The notes: a model not told the origin generated them from the sequence alone. Counted from the stretch's first letter, positions 8,188 through 18,634 are shown. The stretch is DNA of 64,000 bases from an uncultured Clostridia bacterium (GCA_944387545.1 CALXFE010000005.1:12803-76802); one strand, 5' to 3'. Translations and numbers: made by a program.

Positions 8188-10800
8188 CTATTTTATTTCT
8201 TTTCCATAATAACTATCTAATAAGATTTGTTTTATTTCTGATACTAGTGGTACTCTTGGGTTAGCCGTTGTGCATTGATCTTCAAACGCTCTATCTGCTA
8301 ACATATCCACTTTTGCTAAAAAGTCTTGTTCATCAATTCCAGCATCTTTAAATGATTTTGGAATATTCATATGTGCATTCATTTCTTTGATTCTTTCAAT
8401 TAAACTACTAATTCCCTCTTCCACTGTTTTTGCTTTCAATCCTGCTTTTTTTGCTATTTCAGAATATTTTTGATCTGCTATAAAATATTCATATTTAGGG
8501 AATGAAACAAATTTAGTTGGTTTTGTAGCATTGTATCTTACAACATATGGTAACAATATGGCATTAATTCTTCCATGTGGTAAATGGAATTCAGCACCAA
8601 TTTTATGAGCTATTGAATGGTTAACACCTAAAAAGGCATTTGTGAAAGCCATACCAGCAATTGTACTTGCATTATGCATTTTTTCACGAGCCAGTTTATT
8701 TGTTCCATCATCATAGGCTTGTTCTAAATATTGGAACACCAATTCTACGGCTTTTTCAGCTAATCCATCCGTATAATCTGATGCCATATTTGAAACATAT
8801 GCTTCTAATGCATGTGTTAAAACATCCATTCCTGTATCTGCTGTAATAGATTTTGGCAGGCTCATAACTAAATCTGGATCTACGATTGCTACATCTGGAG
8901 TTAATTCATAATCCGCCAATGGATATTTTTTGTTTTTCTCTTTATCTGTGATAACGGCAAATGATGTAACTTCTGAACCTGTACCTGATGTTGTTGGAAT
9001 GGCTACCATTTGACATTTTTCTCCTAATTTAGGGAATTTGTATGTACGTTTTCTGATATCCATGAATTTTAGTTTTAATCCTTCTGGATCTGCTTCTGGA
9101 TGCTCATAGAATAACCACATTCCTTTAGCTGCATCGATTGGGCTTCCCCCTCCTAATGCGATAACCACATCTGGCTTGAAGTTTTTCATCGCTTCTACAC
9201 CTTTCATAATGGTATCAAATGATGGATCAGCTTCTACTTCACTGAAAATTTCTGAATGTACATAATGTTGTCTATTTCTTAAATGATATAAGATTTTATC
9301 TACATATCCTAATTTTACCATTCCTTGATCTGTTACAATAAATGCTCTTTCAATATTAGGCATTTTCTCTAAATAAGCAATTGAACCTGCTTCAAAATAT
9401 ATTTTTTCTGGAACTTTAAACCATTGCATATTAACCCTCCTATTTGCAACTCTTTTTATATTAATTAAGTTAACTGATGATACATTGGCTGTTGTAGAAT
9501 TTCCACCAAATGAACCACATCCTAATGTTAATGATGGCATATTGGTATTATATATATCACCAATTGCTCCATGTGTTGATGGAGAGTTTACAATGATTCT
9601 TCCTGCTTTCATCGTTTCTGAAAATCTTAAAATGGTATCTTTATTTTCAGAATGAATAACAGCTGAATGTCCTAATCCACCAAATTCTAGCAATTTTTCT
9701 GCTAGTGGTATTCCTTCATCTTCATCTTTCACAACATAATATGTTAGTACTGGACTTAATTTTTCTTTTGAGAATGGATATTCTTTTCCAACACCTGTTT
9801 CAGCAACAACAAGCACTTTTGTATCTTCTGGAATTTCAAATCCAGCTTCTTTTGCAATTGTATGAGGATATTGTCCTGGTACATGTGATTTTAATTTATA
9901 ATCTCCATTTTCTAATTTTTCAAACATGCTATTGGCTAATTTTTCTTTTTCTTCTTTATTAACAAAATAGCAACCTGCTTTTTTCATTAATTCTTCAAAT
10001 CTTTTTTGAATTTCTTTATCAATAATCACTGCTTGTTCTGATGCACAAATCATACCATTGTCAAATGCTTTTGACATTACTAAATCATTTACAGATGTTT
10101 CTAATTTTGCTGTTTTATCAATATAGCATGGTACATTTCCAGGTCCTACGCCTAATGCTGGTTTTCCACAAGAATACGCAGATTTTACCATGCCTGTCCC
10201 TCCTGTAGCTAAAATTAAGTTAACATCTGGATGGTTCATTAATAATCTTGTCGCTGTAATACTTGGTTTTTCAATCCATAAAATACAATTTTCTGGTGCA
10301 CCTGCTTTTACAGCTGCATCTCTTAAAATTTTCGCTGCTTCTACACTACATTTTTGTGCAGATGGATGAAATCCAAATATAATAACATTTCTCGTTTTTG
10401 CTGATATGATCGATTTAAACATCGTTGTTGATGTTGGGTTGGTAACAGGTGTAACTCCTGCTATAATTCCAATTGGTTCTGCAATTTCTACATAATCATC
10501 TTCTACATTTTCGTCAATAATTCCTACTGTTTTTTCATATTTGATACTATGATATATATATTCTGTTGCAAACATATTCTTTGTAATTTTATCCTCATAA
10601 ATTCCTCTTCCTGTTTCTTCCACTGCCATTTTGGCTAATCTCATATGATTTTCAAGACCTGCCATTGCCATTGCTTTTGTAATGTTATTTACAGTTTCTT
10701 GATCTAATTTTAAATACTCTTGAGATGCTACTTTTGCTTTTTCTACTAAGTCATTAATCATTTGTTCAATTTCTTTTTCTTCGTTTACATTATCACTCAT
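8188..10800 (-). CDS. adhE: Bifunctional acetaldehyde-CoA/alcohol dehydrogenase
   Basis: ALDH half (TPVTNPTST, GVGPGNVP, FDNGMICASEQ), linker LGCGSFGGNS, Fe-ADH half (ALGGGSPID, TTSGTGSEVT, HSIAH, HGRINA). ATG 10800 follows GGAGG. Confidence 0.97.
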   Translation of the reverse strand: MSDNVNEEKEIEQMINDLVEKAKVASQEYLKLDQETVNNITKAMAMAGLENHMRLAKMAVEETGRGIYEDKITKNMFATEYIYHSIKYEKTVGIIDENVEDDYVEIAEPIGIIAGVTPVTNPTSTTMFKSIISAKTRNVIIFGFHPSAQKCSVEAAKILRDAAVKAGAPENCILWIEKPSITATRLLMNHPDVNLILATGGTGMVKSAYSCGKPALGVGPGNVPCYIDKTAKLETSVNDLVMSKAFDNGMICASEQAVIIDKEIQKRFEELMKKAGCYFVNKEEKEKLANSMFEKLENGDYKLKSHVPGQYPHTIAKEAGFEIPEDTKVLVVAETGVGKEYPFSKEKLSPVLTYYVVKDEDEGIPLAEKLLEFGGLGHSAVIHSENKDTILRFSETMKAGRIIVNSPSTHGAIGDIYNTNMPSLTLGCGSFGGNSTTANVSSVNLINIKRVANRRVNMQWFKVPEKIYFEAGSIAYLEKMPNIERAFIVTDQGMVKLGYVDKILYHLRNRQHYVHSEIFSEVEADPSFDTIMKGVEAMKNFKPDVVIALGGGSPIDAAKGMWLFYEHPEADPEGLKLKFMDIRKRTYKFPKLGEKCQMVAIPTTSGTGSEVTSFAVITDKEKNKKYPLADYELTPDVAIVDPDLVMSLPKSITADTGMDVLTHALEAYVSNMASDYTDGLAEKAVELVFQYLEQAYDDGTNKLAREKMHNASTIAGMAFTNAFLGVNHSIAHKIGAEFHLPHGRINAILLPYVVRYNATKPTKFVSFPKYEYFIADQKYSEIAKKAGLKAKTVEEGISSLIERIKEMNAHMNIPKSFKDAGIDEQDFLAKVDMLADRAFEDQCTTANPRVPLVSEIKQILLDSYYGKEIK

Positions 10801-10985
10801 AAAAACCTCCATTCGAGCGACAGTTGCTCTAATAATTTTTATCAAAAGCCTCTAAAATTATGAAAATCATAGAGGTATTTCAATCAAATACATTATATAT
10901 GATTAAAAACAAATGTCAATAATAAAAAGCTTTTATTTTTCTAGTTTTTATCGACAAAAAATACAAGTACATTTGTACTTGTATT

Positions 10986-11993
10986 TTAATCATTATATAA
11001 ATAATCTTGTGGATTCACATGTTCTCCATTTATTCTTATTTCTAAATGTAGATGTGGTCCTGTCGAATTTCCTGTTGAACCAACTGCTGCAATAACATCG
11101 CCAGCTTTTACAGTCTCCCCTTTTTTTACATACATCTTACTGGTATGTGCATACCATGTTTCCACACCATTTCCATGGTCAACCTTTATTAAATTTCCAT
11201 AAGAACCATTATAGCTTGCAGCTGTCACTGTACCATCGGCTATAACTTTTATAGGTGTACCTTGTACTGCAGAAATATCTAATCCAGTATGTGTTGATTT
11301 TCTTAAATTGCTTCTAACGCCATATCTAGATGTGATTTTTCCTTCTATTGGTGCCACTGCTAATTTTATACCATTAACACTTGGTAATGCATTTAATCTT
11401 TCTTCCTCTTCTTTTTGTTGTGCAATTTCTTCTATAGCTGTCTGCACGGTTTCTTGAACATTTACCTTTGCGACTTCTAAATCTGATGTATTTACTTCTT
11501 CTTCATTTTGTGTATATTTTTCTACAATACTTAAATGAATATCTTCACTATTAGTTTCTTCTTTTATTTCATTTACCAATTCTTCTGCTTCTTCACTTGT
11601 ATCTACTTTTTCAATAACCGATTCTTTCACTGCTATTTCATAATATTTATAAGTAACTGTTATATCCTCTTTTAATTCTTCTACTAATGTTTTATCCTCT
11701 GTATCTTCTCCTCTATTTACTAATTTTAACTCATATTCTGGTTCGTTATCTAAACGAATATCTTCAATATTTTTACTTGTACTTTCAGTAATTTCTTGTT
11801 TTAAGGTTTCTTCTAAAGCTTGCTTATTTTCCACATATCCAATTTCCTCACCAGAAATACTTACTTTATACATTGGCTTATATTTTATCAATACAATCGC
11901 GATTATAAAACCAAAAGCTATAATCATGATGTTAAAAAATTTTAGAAACTCTTTTGTATAAAATTTTAGTTTCTTTTTTAAAATAAAATCCAC
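10986..11993 (-). CDS. M23-family murein endopeptidase with N-terminal TM anchor
   Basis: HTGLD, GSYGNLIKVDH, YAH and TGNSTGPHLHLE motifs. Confidence 0.9.
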   Translation of the reverse strand: MDFILKKKLKFYTKEFLKFFNIMIIAFGFIIAIVLIKYKPMYKVSISGEEIGYVENKQALEETLKQEITESTSKNIEDIRLDNEPEYELKLVNRGEDTEDKTLVEELKEDITVTYKYYEIAVKESVIEKVDTSEEAEELVNEIKEETNSEDIHLSIVEKYTQNEEEVNTSDLEVAKVNVQETVQTAIEEIAQQKEEEERLNALPSVNGIKLAVAPIEGKITSRYGVRSNLRKSTHTGLDISAVQGTPIKVIADGTVTAASYNGSYGNLIKVDHGNGVETWYAHTSKMYVKKGETVKAGDVIAAVGSTGNSTGPHLHLEIRINGEHVNPQDYLYND

Positions 11994-12028
11994 TCTCCTT
12001 TTTATGTTTTTTTACGCGACTAGATTAT

Positions 12029-12057
12029 ATTATACTATATATTCTGCCTTTTTTCAA
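12029..12057 (-). promoter_or_regulatory. Sigma-A promoter of the M23 gene
   Basis: TTGAAA-17-TATAAT on the minus strand. Confidence 0.65.
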
Positions 12058-12227
12058 ACTTTGTATACATAATTTGGAATAAAAAAATAAAATTATTTAG
12101 AATTTTTATTTTTTTCTCCTTTCTATTGGTATTTTTTCTCTCAAAATCTCTTTTTTACTTGTTTTTTCTTGATTTTACATATATTTCTAATTACACATCT
12201 CCTATATTAGCTTTTATTTCCAAAATC

Positions 12228-12273
12228 TTGACTTTTCCATTTTATTAGTATATAGTATTCTCGTAGACTATAT
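12228..12273 (+). promoter_or_regulatory. Sigma-A promoter of the XRE gene with an overlapping inverted repeat
   Basis: TTGACT-17-TATAGT; ATATAGT-N10-ACTATAT at 12250-12273. Confidence 0.6.
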
Positions 12274-12326
12274 GGTAAACATATACTTTATATTTATTTT
12301 GCAATAAAAATAGGAAGGTGATATAT

Positions 12327-12653
12327 ATGGCATTAGATTATACAATTATTGGGCAAAGAATTAAACAAGCAAGACTTGCTAAAAACTATACACAAGAGGA
12401 ATTATCTGAAAAGATTGATGTTTCAGTAGCATTTTTAAGTAGAGTTGAGAGAGGCAATTCTCATATCAATTTAAAAAGATTAACACAAATTTGTAATTTA
12501 TTAGATGTTTCAGAAGGCTATATTTTAAGTGGAACTTCAAGTGATTCAGAAAACTATTTATCAAAAGAATTTTCTGAATTATTAAGTAGTTGCCCTGCCC
12601 ATAAACAAAGATTAATTTATAAAATCGCAAAAATTATTGCAGAAGCTGAATAA
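12327..12653 (+). CDS. XRE-family HTH transcriptional regulator
   Basis: IGQRIKQARLAKNYTQEELSE..SRVERG helix-turn-helix pattern; RBS GGAAGGTG. Confidence 0.9.
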   Translation: MALDYTIIGQRIKQARLAKNYTQEELSEKIDVSVAFLSRVERGNSHINLKRLTQICNLLDVSEGYILSGTSSDSENYLSKEFSELLSSCPAHKQRLIYKIAKIIAEAE

Positions 12654-12662
12654 ATCTGTATG

Positions 12663-12692
12663 AAAACCAATATTAAAAAATATTGGTTTTTT
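12663..12692 (+). terminator. Intrinsic terminator
   Basis: 12-bp perfect inverted repeat AAAACCAATATT/AATATTGGTTTT plus a T-tract. Confidence 0.75.
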
Positions 12693-12823
12693 GTTGCATT
12701 TACAACAGCTTTTTTCTGTTTTTATGAATATGATTATTTTGCAGTTAATACTACAGATAAATGACAATATTAAAAAAACAAAAGATAATTTTGTAATTTC
12801 AAGAATTTTATTGTCGTTTTTGA

Positions 12824-12852
12824 TTGATTATATTTTATGAATATGGTATTAT
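12824..12852 (+). promoter_or_regulatory. Extended -10 sigma-A promoter of pflB
   Basis: TTGATT-17-TATTAT with TG at 12844-12845. Confidence 0.55.
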
Positions 12853-12967
12853 ATTATGTGGTCAAAATGATAATAATAATGAAAAGAAAAAATCAGATAA
12901 ATTATCTTTATCATCATGATTAATTGTATTTAATTTTATTTCTTAATTAAGGAGGGGTTTTAATATT

Positions 12968-15205
12968 ATGAAATTTGAACAATGGGATGGATTTGAAAAA
13001 GGTGATTGGCAAAGTGAAATTAATGTAAGAGATTTCATTCAAAAAAATTATACACCTTATGAAGGAGATGCAACATTTTTGGCTGGACCTACAGAAAAAA
13101 CAAAAAAATTATGGGATGAAGTACTAGAACTTTATAAAAAAGAAAAAGCTTCTGAAGGTAGTGTTTTAGATATAGACACAAAAACAATTTCAACCGTTAA
13201 TAGCCATGAGGCTGGATATATTGATAAAGATTTGGAAGAAATTGTTGGTCTTCAAACAGACGCACCTTTAAAAAGAGCCATTATGCCTTTTGGAGGAATC
13301 AGAATTGTAGAAAAATCTTGCGAAGCTTATGGTAGAAAAGTAGATGATGAAGTGGAAGAAATTTTCCATAAATATAGAAAAACACATAATGACGGAGTAT
13401 TTAGTGTATATACACCAGATATCAGAGCTGCTAGAAGTTCACACTTAATTACTGGATTACCTGATGGTTATGGTAGAGGAAGAATTATCGGTGATTACAG
13501 AAGAGTGGCACTTTATGGTGTTGATATTTTAATCGAAGAAAAGAAAAAAGATTTAGAAATATTAGATGTTGACTGTTTAACTGAAGAAATCATTCGTGAA
13601 AGAGAAGAAATCAGTGAGCAAATTAAAGCTTTAAATGATTTAAAATCTATGGCTTTAAAATATGGATATGATATTTCTAAACCTGCAAGTAATAGTAAAG
13701 AAGCTGTTCAATGGCTATATTTTGGATACTTAGGTGCTATAAAGGACCAAAATGGTGCTGCCATGAGTATTGGTAGAACTTCTACTTTCTTGGATATTTA
13801 TTTTGAAAGAGATTTAGAAAATGGAACAATTACAGAAGAAGAAGTTCAAGAAATTATGGACCATTTTGTTATGAAATTAAGATTAGTTCGTTTCTTAAGA
13901 ACACCTGAATATAATGAATTATTCAGTGGTGACCCTGTATGGGTAACAGAGAGTATTGCTGGTATGGGAATTGATGGAAGAACTTTAGTTACCAAAAACT
14001 CTTTTAGAATTCTTCATACTTTGGAAAATTTAGGACCAGCTCCAGAACCAAACTTAACTGTTTTATGGTCTGAATATTTACCAGAAGGCTTTAAGAGATA
14101 TACAACAGATTTATCTATAAAAACATCTTCTATTCAATATGAAAATGATGATTTAATGAGAATTACTTTAGGAGATGACTATGGAATTGCTTGTTGTGTT
14201 TCTCCAATGAAGATTGGTAAACAAATGCAATTCTTTGGTGCAAGAGCAAACTTAGCTAAAACTTTACTTTATGCTATTAATGGTGGTAGAGATGAAATCT
14301 CTGGAAAACAAATCACACCAAAATTTGCTCCAATCACATCTGAATATTTAAACTATGATGAAGTCATGGACAAATTCAAACAAATGATGGATTATGTAGC
14401 AAAAATTTATATTAAAGCTTTAAATGCTATTCATTATATGCATGATAAATATTCTTATGAAGCAATTGAAATGGCTCTTCATGATAAAGATATTTTAAGA
14501 ACAATGGCTTGTGGTATTGCTGGATTATCTGTTGTTGCTGACTCACTTTCTGCTATTAAATATGCAAAAGTAAAAGTTATCAGAGATGAGACAGGACTAG
14601 CTGTTGACTACGAAATCGAAGGAGATTTCCCTAAATTTGGTAATGATGATGATAGAGTTGACAGTATTGCAGTTGATATTGTAAAAACATTTATGAATAA
14701 ATTAAGAAGATATCCAACTTATAGAAATTCTAAACATACATTATCAATTCTTACCATTACATCAAATGTTGTTTATGGTAAAGCTACTGGAAATACACCT
14801 GACGGAAGAAGAATGGGTGCTCCATTTGGACCTGGTGCTAATCCATTACATGGAAGAGATACAAATGGTGCTTTAGCCGTTATGAACTCTATTGCAAAAT
14901 TACCATTTGATTTTGCAGAAGATGGTATTTCATATACTTTCTCAATTACACCTAAAACATTAGGAAAAGATGAAGAAACAAGAGTAACAAACTTAGTCAA
15001 TATGTTAGATGGATATTTTAAACAAACAGGTCATCATATCAATGTAAATGTTTTTGATAGAAGTTTACTAGAAGATGCTATGGAACATCCAGAAAATTAT
15101 CCTCAATTAACTATTAGAGTATCTGGATATGCTGTAAACTTTACAAAATTAACAAGAGAACAACAATTAGATGTTATTAATAGAACTATTCATGAAAGAA
15201 TTTAG
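12968..15205 (+). CDS. pflB: Pyruvate formate-lyase (formate C-acetyltransferase)
   Basis: [12 protein letters not shown], catalytic IACCVS and glycyl-radical [10 protein letters not shown] motifs. Confidence 0.98.
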   Translation: MKFEQWDGFEKGDWQSEINVRDFIQKNYTPYEGDATFLAGPTEKTKKLWDEVLELYKKEKASEGSVLDIDTKTISTVNSHEAGYIDKDLEEIVGLQTDAPLKRAIMPFGGIRIVEKSCEAYGRKVDDEVEEIFHKYRKTHNDGVFSVYTPDIRAARSSHLITGLPDGYGRGRIIGDYRRVALYGVDILIEEKKKDLEILDVDCLTEEIIREREEISEQIKALNDLKSMALKYGYDISKPASNSKEAVQWLYFGYLGAIKDQNGAAMSIGRTSTFLDIYFERDLENGTITEEEVQEIMDHFVMKLRLVRFLRTPEYNELFSGDPVWVTESIAGMGIDGRTLVTKNSFRILHTLENLGPAPEPNLTVLWSEYLPEGFKRYTTDLSIKTSSIQYENDDLMRITLGDDYGIACCVSPMKIGKQMQFFGARANLAKTLLYAINGGRDEISGKQITPKFAPITSEYLNYDEVMDKFKQMMDYVAKIYIKALNAIHYMHDKYSYEAIEMALHDKDILRTMACGIAGLSVVADSLSAIKYAKVKVIRDETGLAVDYEIEGDFPKFGNDDDRVDSIAVDIVKTFMNKLRRYPTYRNSKHTLSILTITSNVVYGKATGNTPDGRRMGAPFGPGANPLHGRDTNGALAVMNSIAKLPFDFAEDGISYTFSITPKTLGKDEETRVTNLVNMLDGYFKQTGHHINVNVFDRSLLEDAMEHPENYPQLTIRVSGYAVNFTKLTREQQLDVINRTIHERI

Positions 15206-15220
15206 TAATACACTATAAAG

Positions 15221-15254
15221 AAAGGGATTTCAAGATTTTTCTTAAAATCCCTTT
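15221..15254 (+). terminator. Terminator-like hairpin between pflB and pflA
   Basis: AAAGGGATTT...AAATCCCTTT inverted repeat. Confidence 0.65.
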
Positions 15255-15289
15255 TAAAAAGTAATTATGTACTAGAAAGAGGAAGGTTT

Positions 15290-16024
15290 ATGGAAGAAGA
15301 AAAAGATTTAAGATATTATGCAAAAGTACATTCAATAGAAACCTTTGGCGCTGTTGATGGTCCAGGAATTCGTTTTGTATTATTTCTTCAAGGTTGTCAT
15401 TTGCAGTGTAAATATTGTCATAATCGTGACACTTGGGATATGAAAGAAGGAAAATATCAATCTGTGGATGATATTTATAAGATGATTTTAAAGTATAAAA
15501 ATTATATTACTCCAAATGGTGGTGTGACCATTTCAGGTGGAGAACCTTTGTTACAAGTTAAATTTTTAATTGAATTATTTACAAAATTAAAAAAGAAAAA
15601 AATCCATACTTGTATTGATACTTCTGGGATGGTAGCTTTAACAGATGATATTAAACAATTATTAACATTAACAGATTTGGTTCTATTAGATATTAAACAT
15701 ATTGATAGTGAAAAATGTAAAGATTTAGTTGGTTTTGATAATAAGCTAGAATTAGCATTTGCTAAATATTTAAGTGATAACCATATACCAATTTGGATTC
15801 GTCAAGTATTGGTTCCAGGGCTTACAGATGATGAAAAAGATTTACAAAAATTAAAAGAATTTATTTCTACCTTAAATACAGTACAAAAAATAGAAATTCT
15901 ACCATATCACAGCATTGGTAAGTATAAATGGACAAAATTAGGTTTAAAATATGATTTAGAAACTATTAAAGATGCAAGTAACGAGGATGTCAAACGTGCA
16001 AAAGTAATTTTAGGGATAAGCTAA
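15290..16024 (+). CDS. pflA: Pyruvate formate-lyase activating enzyme (radical SAM)
   Basis: DGPGIRF, CHLQCKYCHNRDTW, SGGEPLLQ and LPYH motifs. Confidence 0.97.
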   Translation: MEEEKDLRYYAKVHSIETFGAVDGPGIRFVLFLQGCHLQCKYCHNRDTWDMKEGKYQSVDDIYKMILKYKNYITPNGGVTISGGEPLLQVKFLIELFTKLKKKKIHTCIDTSGMVALTDDIKQLLTLTDLVLLDIKHIDSEKCKDLVGFDNKLELAFAKYLSDNHIPIWIRQVLVPGLTDDEKDLQKLKEFISTLNTVQKIEILPYHSIGKYKWTKLGLKYDLETIKDASNEDVKRAKVILGIS

Positions 16025-16056
16025 AAAGAAAGAGAAATTTTACTCTCTTTCTTTTT
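16023..16056. terminator. Bidirectional terminator
   Basis: AAAAAGAAAGAG/CTCTTTCTTTTT between convergent genes. Confidence 0.75.
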
Positions 16057-16072
16057 ATTTTATAGCAAATTC

Positions 16073-17008
16073 TTACATTCCTAATAATTTTAATTCTACA
16101 TTTTCCATTTTATATTTTCCATCTACTAATTTAAAGTCCACTAATGTATCTTCTAGTGTTTCTTTGTTTTGTCTTAAATCAGTAGTAAAATATAATTTAA
16201 TTTGTGGAATTTCAAGTTTATTTTTTACAATTTCTTTAAATGTTTCTGCCATGTGTTTTTCATCTTCACATATTAATATCAATTGTGGCATTGCAGCAAA
16301 TCCAGAATCTCCTGGAACATAGTTTTCATAGAATTCTTTATATAGTCTCATTCTTTCTACTAATTTCTTTTCCCAATCTTGTTCTCTTCTAATAACCTCA
16401 AAAACAAATTGAATGGATTTTCCATTTTTCGTAAGTTTAACTGCACCACCACTTGCTTTAAAGATTTTTCCTGATACCTTTGCAGTAATTGCTGGTTTTA
16501 CAATGTAACTATCAAATGCTTTTACTTTTCTTAAATAAGCAATTAGTGTTTGATTTCCAGCTAACCTTTTTTTAATCATTGGAACTGGTTTTGTATTATC
16601 AGATGGTTGCCATTTACAATCAATTTCTTTAGAATTTAATAAATATTTTCCCATCTTTTCCAAACAATAAATTCTATAGATTCCTTTTCCTTCATCAGAA
16701 GTAAAGTAATATCTTGTTAAAATTTTAGATTTTACTAATTGATCTAATTTATTATTTAATTTGTCTTGTGATTTTGGGTCAATTCCCTTTATTTCTAACA
16801 TTTGGTACAATTGTCTTGATGTGATAAATTCAAACTCATTTACTAAATCTAAAATTGCAAAATGGATTTCATTAATATGTCCAATATTAATCTTATGTAC
16901 GATTTGATTCATTGACACATACCCATCTTTTCCATCAAAAGTTTTAATTTCACCTTCTCTGATAGCAAATGGAGATACTTGTGCCTTGATTTCATTATCT
17001 TCTACCAT
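16073..17008 (-). CDS. Hypothetical protein resembling the replication-relaxation family (winged helix plus restriction-endonuclease-like fold)
   Basis: ILDLVNEFEFITSRQL..KLDQLVKSKILTRYYF..RIYCL..GKYLL is wHTH-like; ..FVFEVIRR..RLYKEFY..PQLILICED is nuclease-like. ATG 17008 follows AGGGGG. Family assigned by eye. Confidence 0.5.
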   Translation of the reverse strand: MVEDNEIKAQVSPFAIREGEIKTFDGKDGYVSMNQIVHKINIGHINEIHFAILDLVNEFEFITSRQLYQMLEIKGIDPKSQDKLNNKLDQLVKSKILTRYYFTSDEGKGIYRIYCLEKMGKYLLNSKEIDCKWQPSDNTKPVPMIKKRLAGNQTLIAYLRKVKAFDSYIVKPAITAKVSGKIFKASGGAVKLTKNGKSIQFVFEVIRREQDWEKKLVERMRLYKEFYENYVPGDSGFAAMPQLILICEDEKHMAETFKEIVKNKLEIPQIKLYFTTDLRQNKETLEDTLVDFKLVDGKYKMENVELKLLGM

Positions 17009-17075
17009 TTTTCTTTTCCCCCTTAAATTTAATTTAGAATTATCTATATTTTTAAATTGTAAACTAAAAAAATAT

Positions 17076-17873
17076 TTATTTTTCAATCAATAATTTTACT
17101 TTTCTTTTTTCATTATCTATTTTTTTGATATATACATTTACTTTTTGTCCATATTCATATCCTTCAGAATATTCTGCCATACCTACTAAATTAGGCGTTA
17201 GTTCTATAAAGATACCATTTTTGTTTTTCTCAGTTTCGCGAATAATGCCTTGTACTTTCATTCCTGAAGAAAAATTTCTAGCATTTTCTTCCCATGTTCC
17301 TAACGTTTCTTTATATGACAAATTCACTCTTCCTGTATATCTATCTATAGATTTTACCACAACATTTACTTTTTGTCCAATATTTAATCTTTCAAATGGT
17401 GTTTTTATCCTTGCAACCGATAAATCCTCTATATGCGCTAGTCCAACAATTCCTCCTCCAATTTCGATAAAAGCTCCATAAGGTCTGATATTTTTTACTA
17501 TGCCTGTCACATGTTGACCAACTTTCATCTTGTCTTTTATATAATTTAGTGCTTCTTGTTGAACACTTTTTCTAGATAGAAGCACTTTTCTATCATTCTC
17601 TATATCTTGTATTTTAAATTGGACATATTTATGTACTTTTCCCACACATAATTTTTCGTTTGGTAGTTCTCCTTCAATATCTTCTACCTCGCTTCTTGGG
17701 ATGATTCCTTCTATGTTATTTCCTAAATTTATATGTAGATTATATTGTTCATCACAACTTTGTACAATTCCTTGTATTGTTTTATTTTCTTGTTGATATT
17801 CCTGTATCTTTTGTAAATTTAAGTTTTCTATTTCTTCATTCCATCCTTCTGGCACAAATTGAAATGTATTCAT
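17076..17873 (-). CDS. S1 RNA-binding domain protein (short ribosomal protein S1-like, about 3 S1 domains)
   Basis: VTGIVKNIRPYGAFIEIGGGIVGLAHIEDLS..IGQKVNVVVKSID is a canonical S1 repeat; two further degenerate repeats. Confidence 0.88.
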   Translation of the reverse strand: MNTFQFVPEGWNEEIENLNLQKIQEYQQENKTIQGIVQSCDEQYNLHINLGNNIEGIIPRSEVEDIEGELPNEKLCVGKVHKYVQFKIQDIENDRKVLLSRKSVQQEALNYIKDKMKVGQHVTGIVKNIRPYGAFIEIGGGIVGLAHIEDLSVARIKTPFERLNIGQKVNVVVKSIDRYTGRVNLSYKETLGTWEENARNFSSGMKVQGIIRETEKNKNGIFIELTPNLVGMAEYSEGYEYGQKVNVYIKKIDNEKRKVKLLIEK

Positions 17874-18021
17874 TTGTTTTCTCCTTTATCTTACGTGTTT
17901 TAGCATATTATATAGTTTATTTCAAAATTTTTCAACCTTTTTTATTTTTTTATAAAAAGAACTTTTTCTCGTATTTGCATTGTGTTATATGTTTACTAAA
18001 TTTCGTCTTTACTAGAAAATA

Positions 18022-18519
18022 CTAATCAAAATAATTACTAATTTCTTCTAAATCCTCAAAATCTTTCTGTCTGCATATGTCATATACAACGATAGCAACT
18101 GAATTCGATAAATTTAATGATCTTAACTCTGGTCTCATTGGAATTCGAATTGTTTTATCTATGTACTTTTGTAATATATCTTCTGGTAACCCCTTTGTCT
18201 CTTTTCCAAATAATACAAAAATTTCTTGCATATTTTTAAAGTCTGGTTCAGAATAAACGTGTTTTCCTTTAGTTGTCACAAAAAACATGTTATGCTCTTC
18301 TGGTTTATATGTATTTAAGAATTCTTTAAATGATATATGTTCCTCTATATCTAATTTGTCCCAATAATCTAAACCTGCTCTTTTGACAGCTTTTTCTGAA
18401 ATGCTAAAACCTAAAGGATGTACCAAATGTAATTTGGCACCAATGGCAGCACAGGTTCTTGCAATATTTCCTGTATTCTGAGGTATTTCTGGTTCTACTA
18501 ATACAACATGTAATTTCAT
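18022..18519 (-). CDS. trmL: tRNA (cytidine/uridine-34-2'-O)-methyltransferase
   Basis: VLVEPEIPQNTGNIARTC, KRAGLDYW, FGKETKGLP and RSLNLSNSV motifs. Confidence 0.95.
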   Translation of the reverse strand: MKLHVVLVEPEIPQNTGNIARTCAAIGAKLHLVHPLGFSISEKAVKRAGLDYWDKLDIEEHISFKEFLNTYKPEEHNMFFVTTKGKHVYSEPDFKNMQEIFVLFGKETKGLPEDILQKYIDKTIRIPMRPELRSLNLSNSVAIVVYDICRQKDFEDLEEISNYFD

Positions 18520-18545
18520 TTTTCCTCTCCTTTTATGTTCTTTTG

Positions 18546-18634
18546 GGGACAGGCCAAAATGGACATTTTTTATTTTATCTGGGACACGCTAGTGTGTCCC
18601 TTTTGGACATTTTTTGTCCATTTTGGCACGTCCC
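18546..18634. repeat. Composite GGGAC palindromic repeat: partial copy C1 (+), central hairpin, full type I copy C2 (-)
   Basis: C1 18546-18571 GGGACAGGCCAAAATGGACATTTTTT; hairpin GGGACAC-N6-GTGTCCC at 18581-18600; C2 reverse complement of 18595-18634 GGGACGTGCCAAAATGGACAAAAAATGTCCAAAAGGGACA. Confidence 0.85.

Noticed and set aside
10820-10850. Rex operator upstream of adhE
   Set aside because: The best match, TTGATAA-AAAT-TATTAGA, breaks the TTGTGAA-N4-TTCACAA palindrome in the right half.
12850-12967. ZTP (pfl-motif) riboswitch upstream of pflB
   Set aside because: The leader is extremely AT-rich and lacks the conserved GC-rich stems and pseudoknot of that riboswitch.
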